Below, one piece after another: positions 19,158 through 27,178 of a stretch of 64,000 nucleotides of DNA (within the stretch, counting starts at the first letter, position 1; each line of letters starts with the position of its first letter). This stretch comes from a virus: IMG/VR virus record IMGVR_UViG_3300022539_000610, positions 1 through 64,000 of that record. One strand, given 5' to 3'. The position numbers and the translations under genes are program-made. Under the pieces are notes generated by a model. It was not told the DNA's origin. It did no database searches and was given only the letters and a program-made list of their open reading frames with translations.

Positions 19158-19730
19158 TTACCAATGGTACCCAAATAACAGTCCGGCATGATTACCTCCA
19201 ATCTCAGTTTCTTCACCAAACAGAGTAGCCTCAGCCCGAGACGATCTACACTCAAGCCCTATACCAAAACTCTCGGATATAGTTAAGTACACTCCTCCTG
19301 TAGCCCAAAAACCTGGTACAGTATCACTATCAGAGATACCGATTCCCCATAAGCTTCCTGTGAGCTCAGCACTAATGAGTGCTATACCAATACCGATATA
19401 GGGACGTAAGTTTAAAGGACCACCCTCCCAGATCTTCTTCACACCTAAGCCCAACTCAGTGGTTTCAACCTTAACACTAGCATAGCCACCGATTGTCTCT
19501 TTGTAGGAAGAAGATAAGTAGCTAACTGCAACACTAAAAGGCCAACTCTCCTCTTTGTAGTCTAACAAAGCACCAAGTTCGCCTTGTTTCTCGCAAGGTT
19601 CCCACCAACCTCCAAGGTGTTTGGTACCTAACAAGAGATTAATATTCCCTGTTGACTCTTCACAGATTGCAAAGTTGGGAATTGAAAACAGGAAAACTAC
19701 CATAGCCAGTAATACAAATAATCTTTTCAT
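19158..19730 (-). CDS. outer-membrane beta-barrel protein
   Basis: Signal peptide, amphipathic strands, RPYIGIG, C-terminal GYHW. Confidence 0.8.
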   Translation of the reverse strand: MKRLFVLLAMVVFLFSIPNFAICEESTGNINLLLGTKHLGGWWEPCEKQGELGALLDYKEESWPFSVAVSYLSSSYKETIGGYASVKVETTELGLGVKKIWEGGPLNLRPYIGIGIALISAELTGSLWGIGISDSDTVPGFWATGGVYLTISESFGIGLECRSSRAEATLFGEETEIGGNHAGLLFGYHW

Positions 19731-19808
19731 ACTCTATCCTCCTGGTTAAATGTGTTTCCCCTGAGTGGATTCCTTAGCATTTACATTGTTTCCTTCACCA
19801 CACTACCT

Positions 19809-20105
19809 TCATTTCCTAATGTAAGTAAATCTGACACCATTTGTTGCTAAATGAGAAATCAAGTCCATGACAGACATTTTGCATAATTCATCTATTGACC
19901 AACCAGCTCCTCCTACCTCATCTACCGCCTTAAGTAATGATTTGAACATCTCTATACCACACATCGCAACATAAGACCTTGCTCCTTCATATGTTGAATC
20001 TGGATAGTGGTCTGATATTACTTCTATGATCTTTTCCAGTTCATACTCCGCCTTAAATAATTCAATTGCTTCTTTCATTATTGCAGTCCTTGTCTTGTCA
20101 TTCAT
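19809..20105 (-). CDS. hypothetical protein
   Basis: Start MNDKTR after RBS. Confidence 0.55.
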   Translation of the reverse strand: MNDKTRTAIMKEAIELFKAEYELEKIIEVISDHYPDSTYEGARSYVAMCGIEMFKSLLKAVDEVGGAGWSIDELCKMSVMDLISHLATNGVRFTYIRK

Positions 20106-20304
20106 TTTTCTCTCCTTTCCTTTCCTTTTGTTTACCCTCCCAAACCTCTTCAATAACATTCTTAAGGCCAAGCTCTTGAATATTATCTACTGCACGTGAA
20201 CAGTCTTTCATAACAAGAAGTAAAGAACAAACAAAACCTACAAGCACTATAAAGAAAATAATACTTATGATTAACTCTGTTATTGTATATCCTTTTTGAT
20301 TCAT
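20098..20304 (-). CDS. small prepilin-type (type IV pilin N-methylation motif) protein
   Basis: MNQKG|YTITELIISII...: class III signal peptide with Glu at +5 and a hydrophobic helix. Confidence 0.7.
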   Translation of the reverse strand: MNQKGYTITELIISIIFFIVLVGFVCSLLLVMKDCSRAVDNIQELGLKNVIEEVWEGKQKERKGEKNE

Positions 20305-20324
20305 TTTCCTTTCCTCCCTTCCTT

Positions 20325-21665
20325 TCAAAGCCATCCATTGTCCATGTATAAGCAAATTCTCTCACCGAAATGGTCTATGAGGAAATGGTGACTTGGATTG
20401 AAAAAGTCAACTATCGTTACATGTTTCTTTTCATCCGTTCTCCTTAGACCCCGACCGACTGCTTGAAGAGTCAAAAGTTCAGCCTTAGCCTCACAAGCAT
20501 TAATGACCACATCGAGGGATGGAACATCTAATCCCTCTCGGAAAACAGCAGATGCCACCACTCCCTTTACCTTTTTAGTTGAAAGAGAGAGTTGAATCTC
20601 ATCCCTCACCTCTTTGTCAATGTCTCCATAGACAAATTCTAAATCTACATTATACAAACGTTTCGCTGCAGCTACAATATTCCTTCCATGCTCAATCTGT
20701 ATGACAAGAATAAGAACAGTTTTTCCTTCTTTAATCGCCTGAACTGCTCTCTTAGCAACAAGACGGTTAAAGGACTTGCTGTTGACTACTCCCTGGTCAT
20801 AGACATCGGGGTACTTCCGAAGACCTTTAACTTTCGCATTAAAAGGCACTCGAATCCACTCAATCTTTGGAGTTGATAAAATTCCCATCTTTCCAGCCTC
20901 CTGAATAGTTAATTCTCCAATAACAGGACCAAGGTTTCCCTCCATAGTGAGTTGAGCTCTTTTCTCAGGAGGTAAAGTACCAGTGAACCCTAACCTAACA
21001 GGAGCAGAGGAGTGCTGTAAGACTCCTGCATACGACCCTTTTGGGTTACTCACGTGATGACACTCGTCGATAAAAACAATATCATACTTATTCCAATACT
21101 CCCTTGGGTCTTTGTGGAAAAAAGCTTGCACAGTAGCAACTTCAACCCTTTCCTCTTCTCCTATTTCCGCAACAGCCTTTGTGATCTGAGAAATAATTGT
21201 ATGAGTATGAGCAAGTATAAGCACTCGTGCCGTAGGATAAGCAAGAACAATACCCATCATAATGTTGGTTTTACCTACTCCGGTAGCTGCTTTTACAATA
21301 CCTCTCCCACAATCGATAGCTTTCTGAACTAAGCTCAGCTGAACTTGAAGCTGGTCATGGTCATACTTGTCCCAAAAGAACTTAGGATAATATGGTTGGC
21401 AGGTCTCTAACTTTTCTATCTCTCCACTAATAGTAACTTCAATGTCGTTACTTGCACAATAGTCGTTGATCTTGGGGAGAAAACCAGTCAGAAACCTGCC
21501 TTTCCTGCTTACAAAGTCTGCTTGGTATACCTTTCTTTCTCTCCTGTATCTGCCTGGTTTCCAAAAGACAGACTCATAAGAGAGACACGGACTTATGAGA
21601 GGTATAGACGCCTTGTCTACAGAGCACTCAACTGGATTTAAGATGTTGATTTTTAGTTTTATCAT
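20325..21665 (-). CDS. SF2 DNA helicase (UvsW/ResIII-like)
   Basis: ATGVGKT, IDECHH, GFTGT, REGLDVP, QAVGRGLR. Confidence 0.92.
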   Translation of the reverse strand: MIKLKINILNPVECSVDKASIPLISPCLSYESVFWKPGRYRRERKVYQADFVSRKGRFLTGFLPKINDYCASNDIEVTISGEIEKLETCQPYYPKFFWDKYDHDQLQVQLSLVQKAIDCGRGIVKAATGVGKTNIMMGIVLAYPTARVLILAHTHTIISQITKAVAEIGEEERVEVATVQAFFHKDPREYWNKYDIVFIDECHHVSNPKGSYAGVLQHSSAPVRLGFTGTLPPEKRAQLTMEGNLGPVIGELTIQEAGKMGILSTPKIEWIRVPFNAKVKGLRKYPDVYDQGVVNSKSFNRLVAKRAVQAIKEGKTVLILVIQIEHGRNIVAAAKRLYNVDLEFVYGDIDKEVRDEIQLSLSTKKVKGVVASAVFREGLDVPSLDVVINACEAKAELLTLQAVGRGLRRTDEKKHVTIVDFFNPSHHFLIDHFGERICLYMDNGWL

Positions 21666-22038
21666 TTGCTAACTTGGTTTCAAGGTAATTAACTACATTC
21701 TCTAAATACATAACTCTTTTTACTTTCTCATCATCACAAGAATGACATTCTTTTAATAGCCTTTCTACTCGTTCAACCTCTTCTATTTTCCAATCTAGTT
21801 CTTTCTTTAATTCCAGTTCCGCTGGTGTCGCAGTCACAAGGACTTGAGAAAGGTCAATACCTCGGTATTCTTTAGCATCATTTTCTGTAGTTGTTTTACT
21901 TTCGCGCTTCCACATTTCTACAATTACGCACCAATGCTCTCCTACTAAACTACACCATGTAGCAAGCCCAGTCTCCTTATCGGATAAAAGCTTACTTAGC
22001 CTATTGACATGAAATGATAATTTATTAAAATCCGGCAT
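21628..22038 (-). CDS. hypothetical protein
   Basis: RBS GGAGGT; coiled-coil C-terminus. Confidence 0.6.
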   Translation of the reverse strand: MPDFNKLSFHVNRLSKLLSDKETGLATWCSLVGEHWCVIVEMWKRESKTTTENDAKEYRGIDLSQVLVTATPAELELKKELDWKIEEVERVERLLKECHSCDDEKVKRVMYLENVVNYLETKLANDKTKNQHLKSS

Positions 22039-22242
22039 GTTTACCTCCTATTTATTAAGTTCTCTTTTGATTTCTTTGTATGTGTCTATTGCAAATGCAG
22101 CTATAATATTGTCAGGGCATTCTTTGAGTTGATCTTTAAACTCATCAATCATGTTATTTACATATCTTTTAATAGCCCTTAATTTGTGGCAGCTGTAATA
22201 ATCACAAATATCTCCTTCCATAATCTCCCTTCCTTTTTATTA

Positions 22243-22404
22243 TAAATGGGTTGGCCCATGAAAACGGGCCGGCTTTCATATGTATTCAGAAATGTCCATC
22301 CTTTTACAGTTTCTTTGCTCAAGCTTTGACACTCCGCTCCGCCGTAAAAGGATAAATAGCCATTTATCGCTACCTTTTCCTAGTTTTCACGTGCCACCCA
22401 TTTA
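22243..22404 (-). ncRNA. 6S-like structured RNA (closing stem, central bubble, apical stem)
   Basis: UAAAUGGGU-GGC-CGUGAAAAC pairs with GUUUUCAUG-GCC-ACCCAUUUA; UAUCCUUUUACGG pairs with CUGUAAAAGGAUG; G-U wobbles favour the minus strand. Confidence 0.55.
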
Positions 22405-22572
22405 ACTACTAAAAATTCCACCATAACCAAGCACATATTCTGGGATTACTTTTAAGTGTCAGTCTTTTCGGACGCCAGTAACGAAGTGCCCGATTTATAC
22501 TTCTTCTTGGTATTGCAAGAACCACTTTAACCTCCTTCCCTCTTTTTATTATAATGGTTTATGTCTGGATTC

Positions 22573-23262
22573 TTAAAAACTTGCCGTCACAGTTTTCAAC
22601 TCTCGAAAGGTCTCAGCTATAACCTTATGAGCCCAACCATCTCCCCTCAAGTAAGTAGCAAGGCTCCCTTTCGTAATATTTCCAGTAAGAGCGCTACATA
22701 CTTTTTCAGGGCTGGAAAAGATAAGTTGAACAACCCCTGCTGCTTCCTTGGATAAAGACTTTTTTAATTGCTCTTTCCGTAGAAGTACGTCTAATGGGGT
22801 CAACAGACTTACCAACTCATACTCATCTGCTGATGTTGATAAGTAAGAATGAACATTAGATGCGTCAAGAGCAGCATCGAGGGCGGTCAGGCCACTAGGT
22901 TTAATTCTTTTACCATTACCACCTTTGGAGGAGTTGGCGACCTTCGGATACTTCCTTGTTTTAATACAACCAGGAATTCTTTTTAACTTCTTCTCTTCTT
23001 TGAATTCTATGAGCTCTGCTACTATTAAGCATCTCTGCTTACAAGGCTTATGGAAGCAGAGCTGTTGTAGTGACACCCAATGTCTTGCTTCTTCACACCA
23101 GACATGCCGTGCAAGGACAAAACCGGGGCAGGAATTTGTGATACTATTAACAACTTTATTAACTTCAAAACATAGTCTTGAATGTTTAACTATCTCTCCT
23201 ACTTGTCTAACATACCTTTTTGTACTCGTGCGATAGTACTCGCAGTATGCACAACTTGTCAT
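22573..23262 (-). CDS. hypothetical protein; Cys-rich N-terminus, C-terminus possibly sigma-region-4/HTH-like
   Basis: LSKEAAGVVQLI...TKGSLATYLR..GW...IAETFRELK; function call is weak. Confidence 0.6.
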   Translation of the reverse strand: MTSCAYCEYYRTSTKRYVRQVGEIVKHSRLCFEVNKVVNSITNSCPGFVLARHVWCEEARHWVSLQQLCFHKPCKQRCLIVAELIEFKEEKKLKRIPGCIKTRKYPKVANSSKGGNGKRIKPSGLTALDAALDASNVHSYLSTSADEYELVSLLTPLDVLLRKEQLKKSLSKEAAGVVQLIFSSPEKVCSALTGNITKGSLATYLRGDGWAHKVIAETFRELKTVTASF

Positions 23263-23331
23263 GTTTTTACCTCTTCTCCATGTTTAACCTCCAAAAAACA
23301 AATTATCCTCCTCCTCACTACTAAGACTTTT

Positions 23332-23556
23332 TTAACGTTTTGCTACTTTATAAGCAATTCCTTTATGGTTCCTCCACTTACTTGCCTGCCTTGTACTTGG
23401 CTTGAAATTTTGATAACTGTTCATACTAGCTACCTTCTTACATGCTTCTAAAAACTCCTCATTTGTCTTAGCAAATTCTGCGTGTGTCATTCTATTCACC
23501 TCCTCTCTCATTGTTTTCTTTCTGGCTCCCACTCCACTAAATATTTTTGACTCCAC
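23332..23556 (-). CDS. hypothetical protein
   Basis: PSTRQASKWR..KGIAY motif. Confidence 0.6.
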   Translation of the reverse strand: MESKIFSGVGARKKTMREEVNRMTHAEFAKTNEEFLEACKKVASMNSYQNFKPSTRQASKWRNHKGIAYKVAKR

Positions 23557-23840
23557 CTATCTCGTAGTCGATCAACTTTTTCAACTAAAAGGGGACCTAA
23601 ACCAAATACAGATTCAACTTCATAATCTTCAGCCTTTACGATCTCTTTGATTTTATCTCGGATTAAGTCATAATCACAAATCGTTTGTTTTATCTTTATT
23701 GCTTCTTCCTCTGACAGTTCTAAATCAACTAAGTGAGAATCAATGGAATAAAACGTTTCTCCATTTACCTCCACACCTTCTTTGTAGGTAAGTACATTAA
23801 CCTTGGTTTTCATTGCTTTCTCCTTCCTATTACTTGTCAT
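23508..23840 (-). CDS. hypothetical protein
   Basis: ORF in the operon. Confidence 0.55.
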   Translation of the reverse strand: MTSNRKEKAMKTKVNVLTYKEGVEVNGETFYSIDSHLVDLELSEEEAIKIKQTICDYDLIRDKIKEIVKAEDYEVESVFGLGPLLVEKVDRLRDRWSQKYLVEWEPERKQ

Positions 23841-23852
23841 CTCTTTTTATCG

Positions 23853-24038
23853 CTAGCCATAAACTACCATGGCCCTCCTGTCTATAAGCTCTATTAAAGC
23901 TTCCCTTATTGTAGGTAGATGTACTGCTAGTTCCAGTGGGACTCTGTCAACACGGATTATGCTATTTTCTACCTGTTCTAAGGTAGCCTTCAACTCTCCG
24001 GTAGATCTGGGTTTACCACTCCTGTCTTCAAATTCCAT
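23853..24038 (-). CDS. hypothetical protein
   Basis: RBS AGGAGGTGA. Confidence 0.55.
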   Translation of the reverse strand: MEFEDRSGKPRSTGELKATLEQVENSIIRVDRVPLELAVHLPTIREALIELIDRRAMVVYG

Positions 24039-24056
24039 TATTAATCACCTCCTTTC

Positions 24057-24269
24057 TTAATAGTCACCACCCTGTAAAACCAATGCCTGAGCTACATCCA
24101 AAGATACCTCATCCAGAGTATACTCCTGCTCTGCACGAGGAAGTAAGCCTCGTACTACCAGCTCCTTATCCAACAGCTTCCGTGCTTGCCTCTTGTCTTT
24201 TGCCACTATTACAGAAGCCACACCGATAGGCCAATGCCCATCATGATCTGTACAAGTAAATACCTTCAT
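24057..24269 (-). CDS. hypothetical protein
   Basis: RBS; GHWPIGVASVIVA, GDY end. Confidence 0.6.
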   Translation of the reverse strand: MKVFTCTDHDGHWPIGVASVIVAKDKRQARKLLDKELVVRGLLPRAEQEYTLDEVSLDVAQALVLQGGDY

Positions 24270-24271
24270 CT

Positions 24272-24733
24272 CTAATCACCTCCTTTCTTCCTGTTCAAGA
24301 TCAAAACTCCATTTAAGTGATCAATCTCATGTTGTAAAACAATAGAAGTAATCTTCCTCCTTCCACAAAAAATGCAAATTAGTTTACCCCACTCGTCAAG
24401 AGCTGTCACTGTTACTTGTCTGGAGCGTTTAATGTCAAATCTTTGCCCTGGGAGACTCAAACAACCCTCTTGATGAGAGGTGATCTTACCCTTTCTTATT
24501 ATAACTGTGGGGTTGATTAAGATCAGCGGAGCATTACTATCGTCAAGAATAATAATAACTCTTCTGCTTACTCCAAGTTGGGGGGCAGCAAGACCCCTAC
24601 TACCACTATTGGTAACAATGTGGAGCATGTCATCGAAGAGTTTATTTTCTCGAAGTATAGATATCTCCTCCCGTGCAACTTCCTCAGCCTTGGTTGTTAG
24701 AATATCGTTTGGGTAAATCAATAGCTTTCGCAT
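24272..24733 (-). CDS. def: peptide deformylase
   Basis: GLAAPQLG, EGCLS, QHEIDHLNG. Confidence 0.95.
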   Translation of the reverse strand: MRKLLIYPNDILTTKAEEVAREEISILRENKLFDDMLHIVTNSGSRGLAAPQLGVSRRVIIILDDSNAPLILINPTVIIRKGKITSHQEGCLSLPGQRFDIKRSRQVTVTALDEWGKLICIFCGRRKITSIVLQHEIDHLNGVLILNRKKGGD

Positions 24734-24735
24734 GG

Positions 24736-24960
24736 TTAACCTCCTACCGATTTATGTAACTCAATTACAATATGAGGACCTGTGGCATCTCCTATTCCAG
24801 TGTCAGATTCTATATGGGTTATTGCAACAACACGCAAACTTCGACCACTACGAGCCCGGACTGACTCTCCAACCTGAGGGCATCTACAAAACTTCGTGGG
24901 CCATTGCTCATGGCAGTAATCATCTAAGTTTGTACGACAAATTCCTCTTACTTCATCCAT
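24736..24960 (-). CDS. hypothetical protein
   Basis: ORF with RBS. Confidence 0.55.
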   Translation of the reverse strand: MDEVRGICRTNLDDYCHEQWPTKFCRCPQVGESVRARSGRSLRVVAITHIESDTGIGDATGPHIVIELHKSVGG

Positions 24961-25183
24961 TTTTATTTACCCCCTTTCCAAAATCATCGCCTATTACAGT
25001 GACATCTTGTTGCCCTGGATACACATTACCCAAAGCTTTAAATCAAAAGATATTTGCCCCTTCCTCATTACACACCCACAAACGAACTTCTTTCTCAGAA
25101 ATAGTGACTTTTATATTTCCCTCGAACTCTCTTCTCTCAATTTTTTCCATTCCTAACCTCCTACCACTTTATACCGTTTGACT

Positions 25184-25540
25184 TCAATCTGATGAAACTT
25201 TTTCTAACTCATTAAGACCATCACAGAATTGTTGGGCAACTATTTTAGCCCATTCCCACCTTTCTTTAGTTACAACTGTGTCATCTTCAGTTCTGCCCAA
25301 TTCATTGTAACCATGACTGTGATTACATTGAAATAAAACAATTTTGTCATTTATACTACCAGACACATTGTCCCAACCCCAAGACCTGTGCCCGTGCACA
25401 TTCCCTTTACGTAGTACTGAAATTTCATACTCATAAATTCCATCTTCTATATTTAATTCCTCAAACTTACCTTCCTTATATCTTGAGCTTAAATGTACAG
25501 TTTTGATATCAACTTCCCACTTCATATCTTTTGATTTCAT
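25184..25540 (-). CDS. hypothetical protein
   Basis: ORF with RBS. Confidence 0.6.
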   Translation of the reverse strand: MKSKDMKWEVDIKTVHLSSRYKEGKFEELNIEDGIYEYEISVLRKGNVHGHRSWGWDNVSGSINDKIVLFQCNHSHGYNELGRTEDDTVVTKERWEWAKIVAQQFCDGLNELEKVSSD

Positions 25541-25600
25541 CTTTTTTATCTCCTTTCACTTTGCTTAAAGGATTATGAAATACCAGTCTTTCCTTATTAG

Positions 25601-25670
25601 CTAAAACCTTCTTAGATCAACAAAACACCGTCTATTTAAAGAGATCTCCCTTTAGGCTATACCTTTGTAT
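25601..25670 (-). repeat. dispersed ~65-bp repeat, copy C (inverted)
   Basis: Reverse complement atacaaaggtatagcctaaagggagatctctttaaatagacggtgttttgttgatctaagaaggttttag aligns with copies A and B. Confidence 0.8.
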
Positions 25671-25691
25671 AAACCTCTAAAAACGACCACC

Positions 25692-25877
25692 CTATTGAAC
25701 AGTTTTGATATCCTTTAACAACATTTCTTGCATCTCTGCTTTAATCATTTCCCAATCATCCGGGTGGAAACTAAGAGTTACACTATTAAGGTAGAAATCG
25801 ACAAAGATGTATTCTTTATCCTTCCAAACTCCTGTAAATCTACCTTGATAAATATTTTCAATATTATTTTTTTCCAT
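25692..25877 (-). CDS. hypothetical protein
   Basis: RBS AGGAGG. Confidence 0.55.
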   Translation of the reverse strand: MEKNNIENIYQGRFTGVWKDKEYIFVDFYLNSVTLSFHPDDWEMIKAEMQEMLLKDIKTVQ

Positions 25878-26045
25878 AATTCCTCCTTTTTCGTTTAGAT
25901 TGACTTGTTAGATTTTGTTCGTCTAATCTAGGATAACATCTAAGACAAATATACTCATCATTAGGTAACAATATTTGATAGGTATTCATTTTACAGATAA
26001 AACAGAAATGATATCTTTTTACTAATTTACCTTTGTTCATATACC

Positions 26046-26378
26046 TTATTCGTCCTCCAACCCACTAGGTTCAAGCTCATGTAGTTGATCTACCAGACTT
26101 TTGAACCTTGGGCCTTTATGTGCACTTATCATTGCTCTCCTGGACCCACAATCATTTAGAACGCTTATTTTCTTAAAATGTTCGCACATCCTCTTGTTTG
26201 TAACTTCTATATCATTATGCTCAACATATCCTAATGTATCCACTAAGTCGTTCAACTCGAACTCTTCACCTTCAACATCTACGTAGCGAGTAATTTCTAC
26301 AACCCTCCTCCGTTCTTCTCGTACCTTAATCACCACAGGATGACCTTGAAGATTCAGTTTCAGTTGTTTCTCTTCCAT
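26046..26378 (-). CDS. hypothetical protein
   Basis: Likely start MEEKQL after GGAAGGAG. Confidence 0.55.
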   Translation of the reverse strand: MEEKQLKLNLQGHPVVIKVREERRRVVEITRYVDVEGEEFELNDLVDTLGYVEHNDIEVTNKRMCEHFKKISVLNDCGSRRAMISAHKGPRFKSLVDQLHELEPSGLEDE

Positions 26379-26598
26379 TATAACTCCTTCCCTTTTGTTT
26401 TTTGAATTAAAATTCAATCCAGAACTCCCAAACACCTTTCCAGGACTGTTTGAAGCTAATGCTATCTTCTGGATCTGGGTGCATGAAATTCCAAACCAAA
26501 TAATCACAAATGACTACAAGTGGATATAGTGGAAAACCTATTATTTTTACTAACTGTTTGATTCTCATTGCTTTATCTCCTTCCTTTGTCTAATAGTT

Positions 26599-26850
26599 TT
26601 ACTTCTCCACTGGACGTTTTTTAACAGCTGCGCTATAAGTATGTTTCCAGGGATCTCCCCCTTCACATATTCCTAAGTTCTCCATAACAAGGGGCTGAAA
26701 AGTAGCTATGTAATTATAATTATCTAATTCTTTTCGATCAACAGCTTCAAGATGTCCATCAGCAAAAAGAGCCATAGTAGGAGGCATTTTCTTCATCAAA
26801 CTTCTTACTTTACTGCACCATGCTTGTTCTTCCTTTGTTGGTTTTCTCAC
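26599..26850 (-). CDS. hypothetical protein
   Basis: RBS; coupled to neighbours. Confidence 0.55.
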   Translation of the reverse strand: MRKPTKEEQAWCSKVRSLMKKMPPTMALFADGHLEAVDRKELDNYNYIATFQPLVMENLGICEGGDPWKHTYSAAVKKRPVEK

Positions 26851-26851
26851 T

Positions 26852-27175
26852 TTACCTCCTTCCTTCTACTTTAGCGAGGGCTTGTTTAGCTAACCAGTAT
26901 GGACATAGATCAGTATGGTTTGGTACATGAACACACGATGAGGCCGGTATAATTAAAGGCTCGTCCTCGTCTTCAAAGTCTCGTACAATAGCTTTACATG
27001 CCTCATACATTTCTTCAGCAGCATCTCTTTTAGCCATTATCCCCGTCAATACTTTTCCCTTATCCTCTTTAACAACCTGCATAATCCTATCAGTTGCAAC
27101 ATCAACAACATTAGGTTCATTGTGGCAAATACGAACAACTGTTATAATTTCTCTTACCTTATCTTTTAATTCCAT
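26852..27175 (-). CDS. hypothetical protein
   Basis: AAEEMYEACK...AKQALAKVEG motif. Confidence 0.6.
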   Translation of the reverse strand: MELKDKVREIITVVRICHNEPNVVDVATDRIMQVVKEDKGKVLTGIMAKRDAAEEMYEACKAIVRDFEDEDEPLIIPASSCVHVPNHTDLCPYWLAKQALAKVEGRR

Positions 27176-27178
27176 TAT

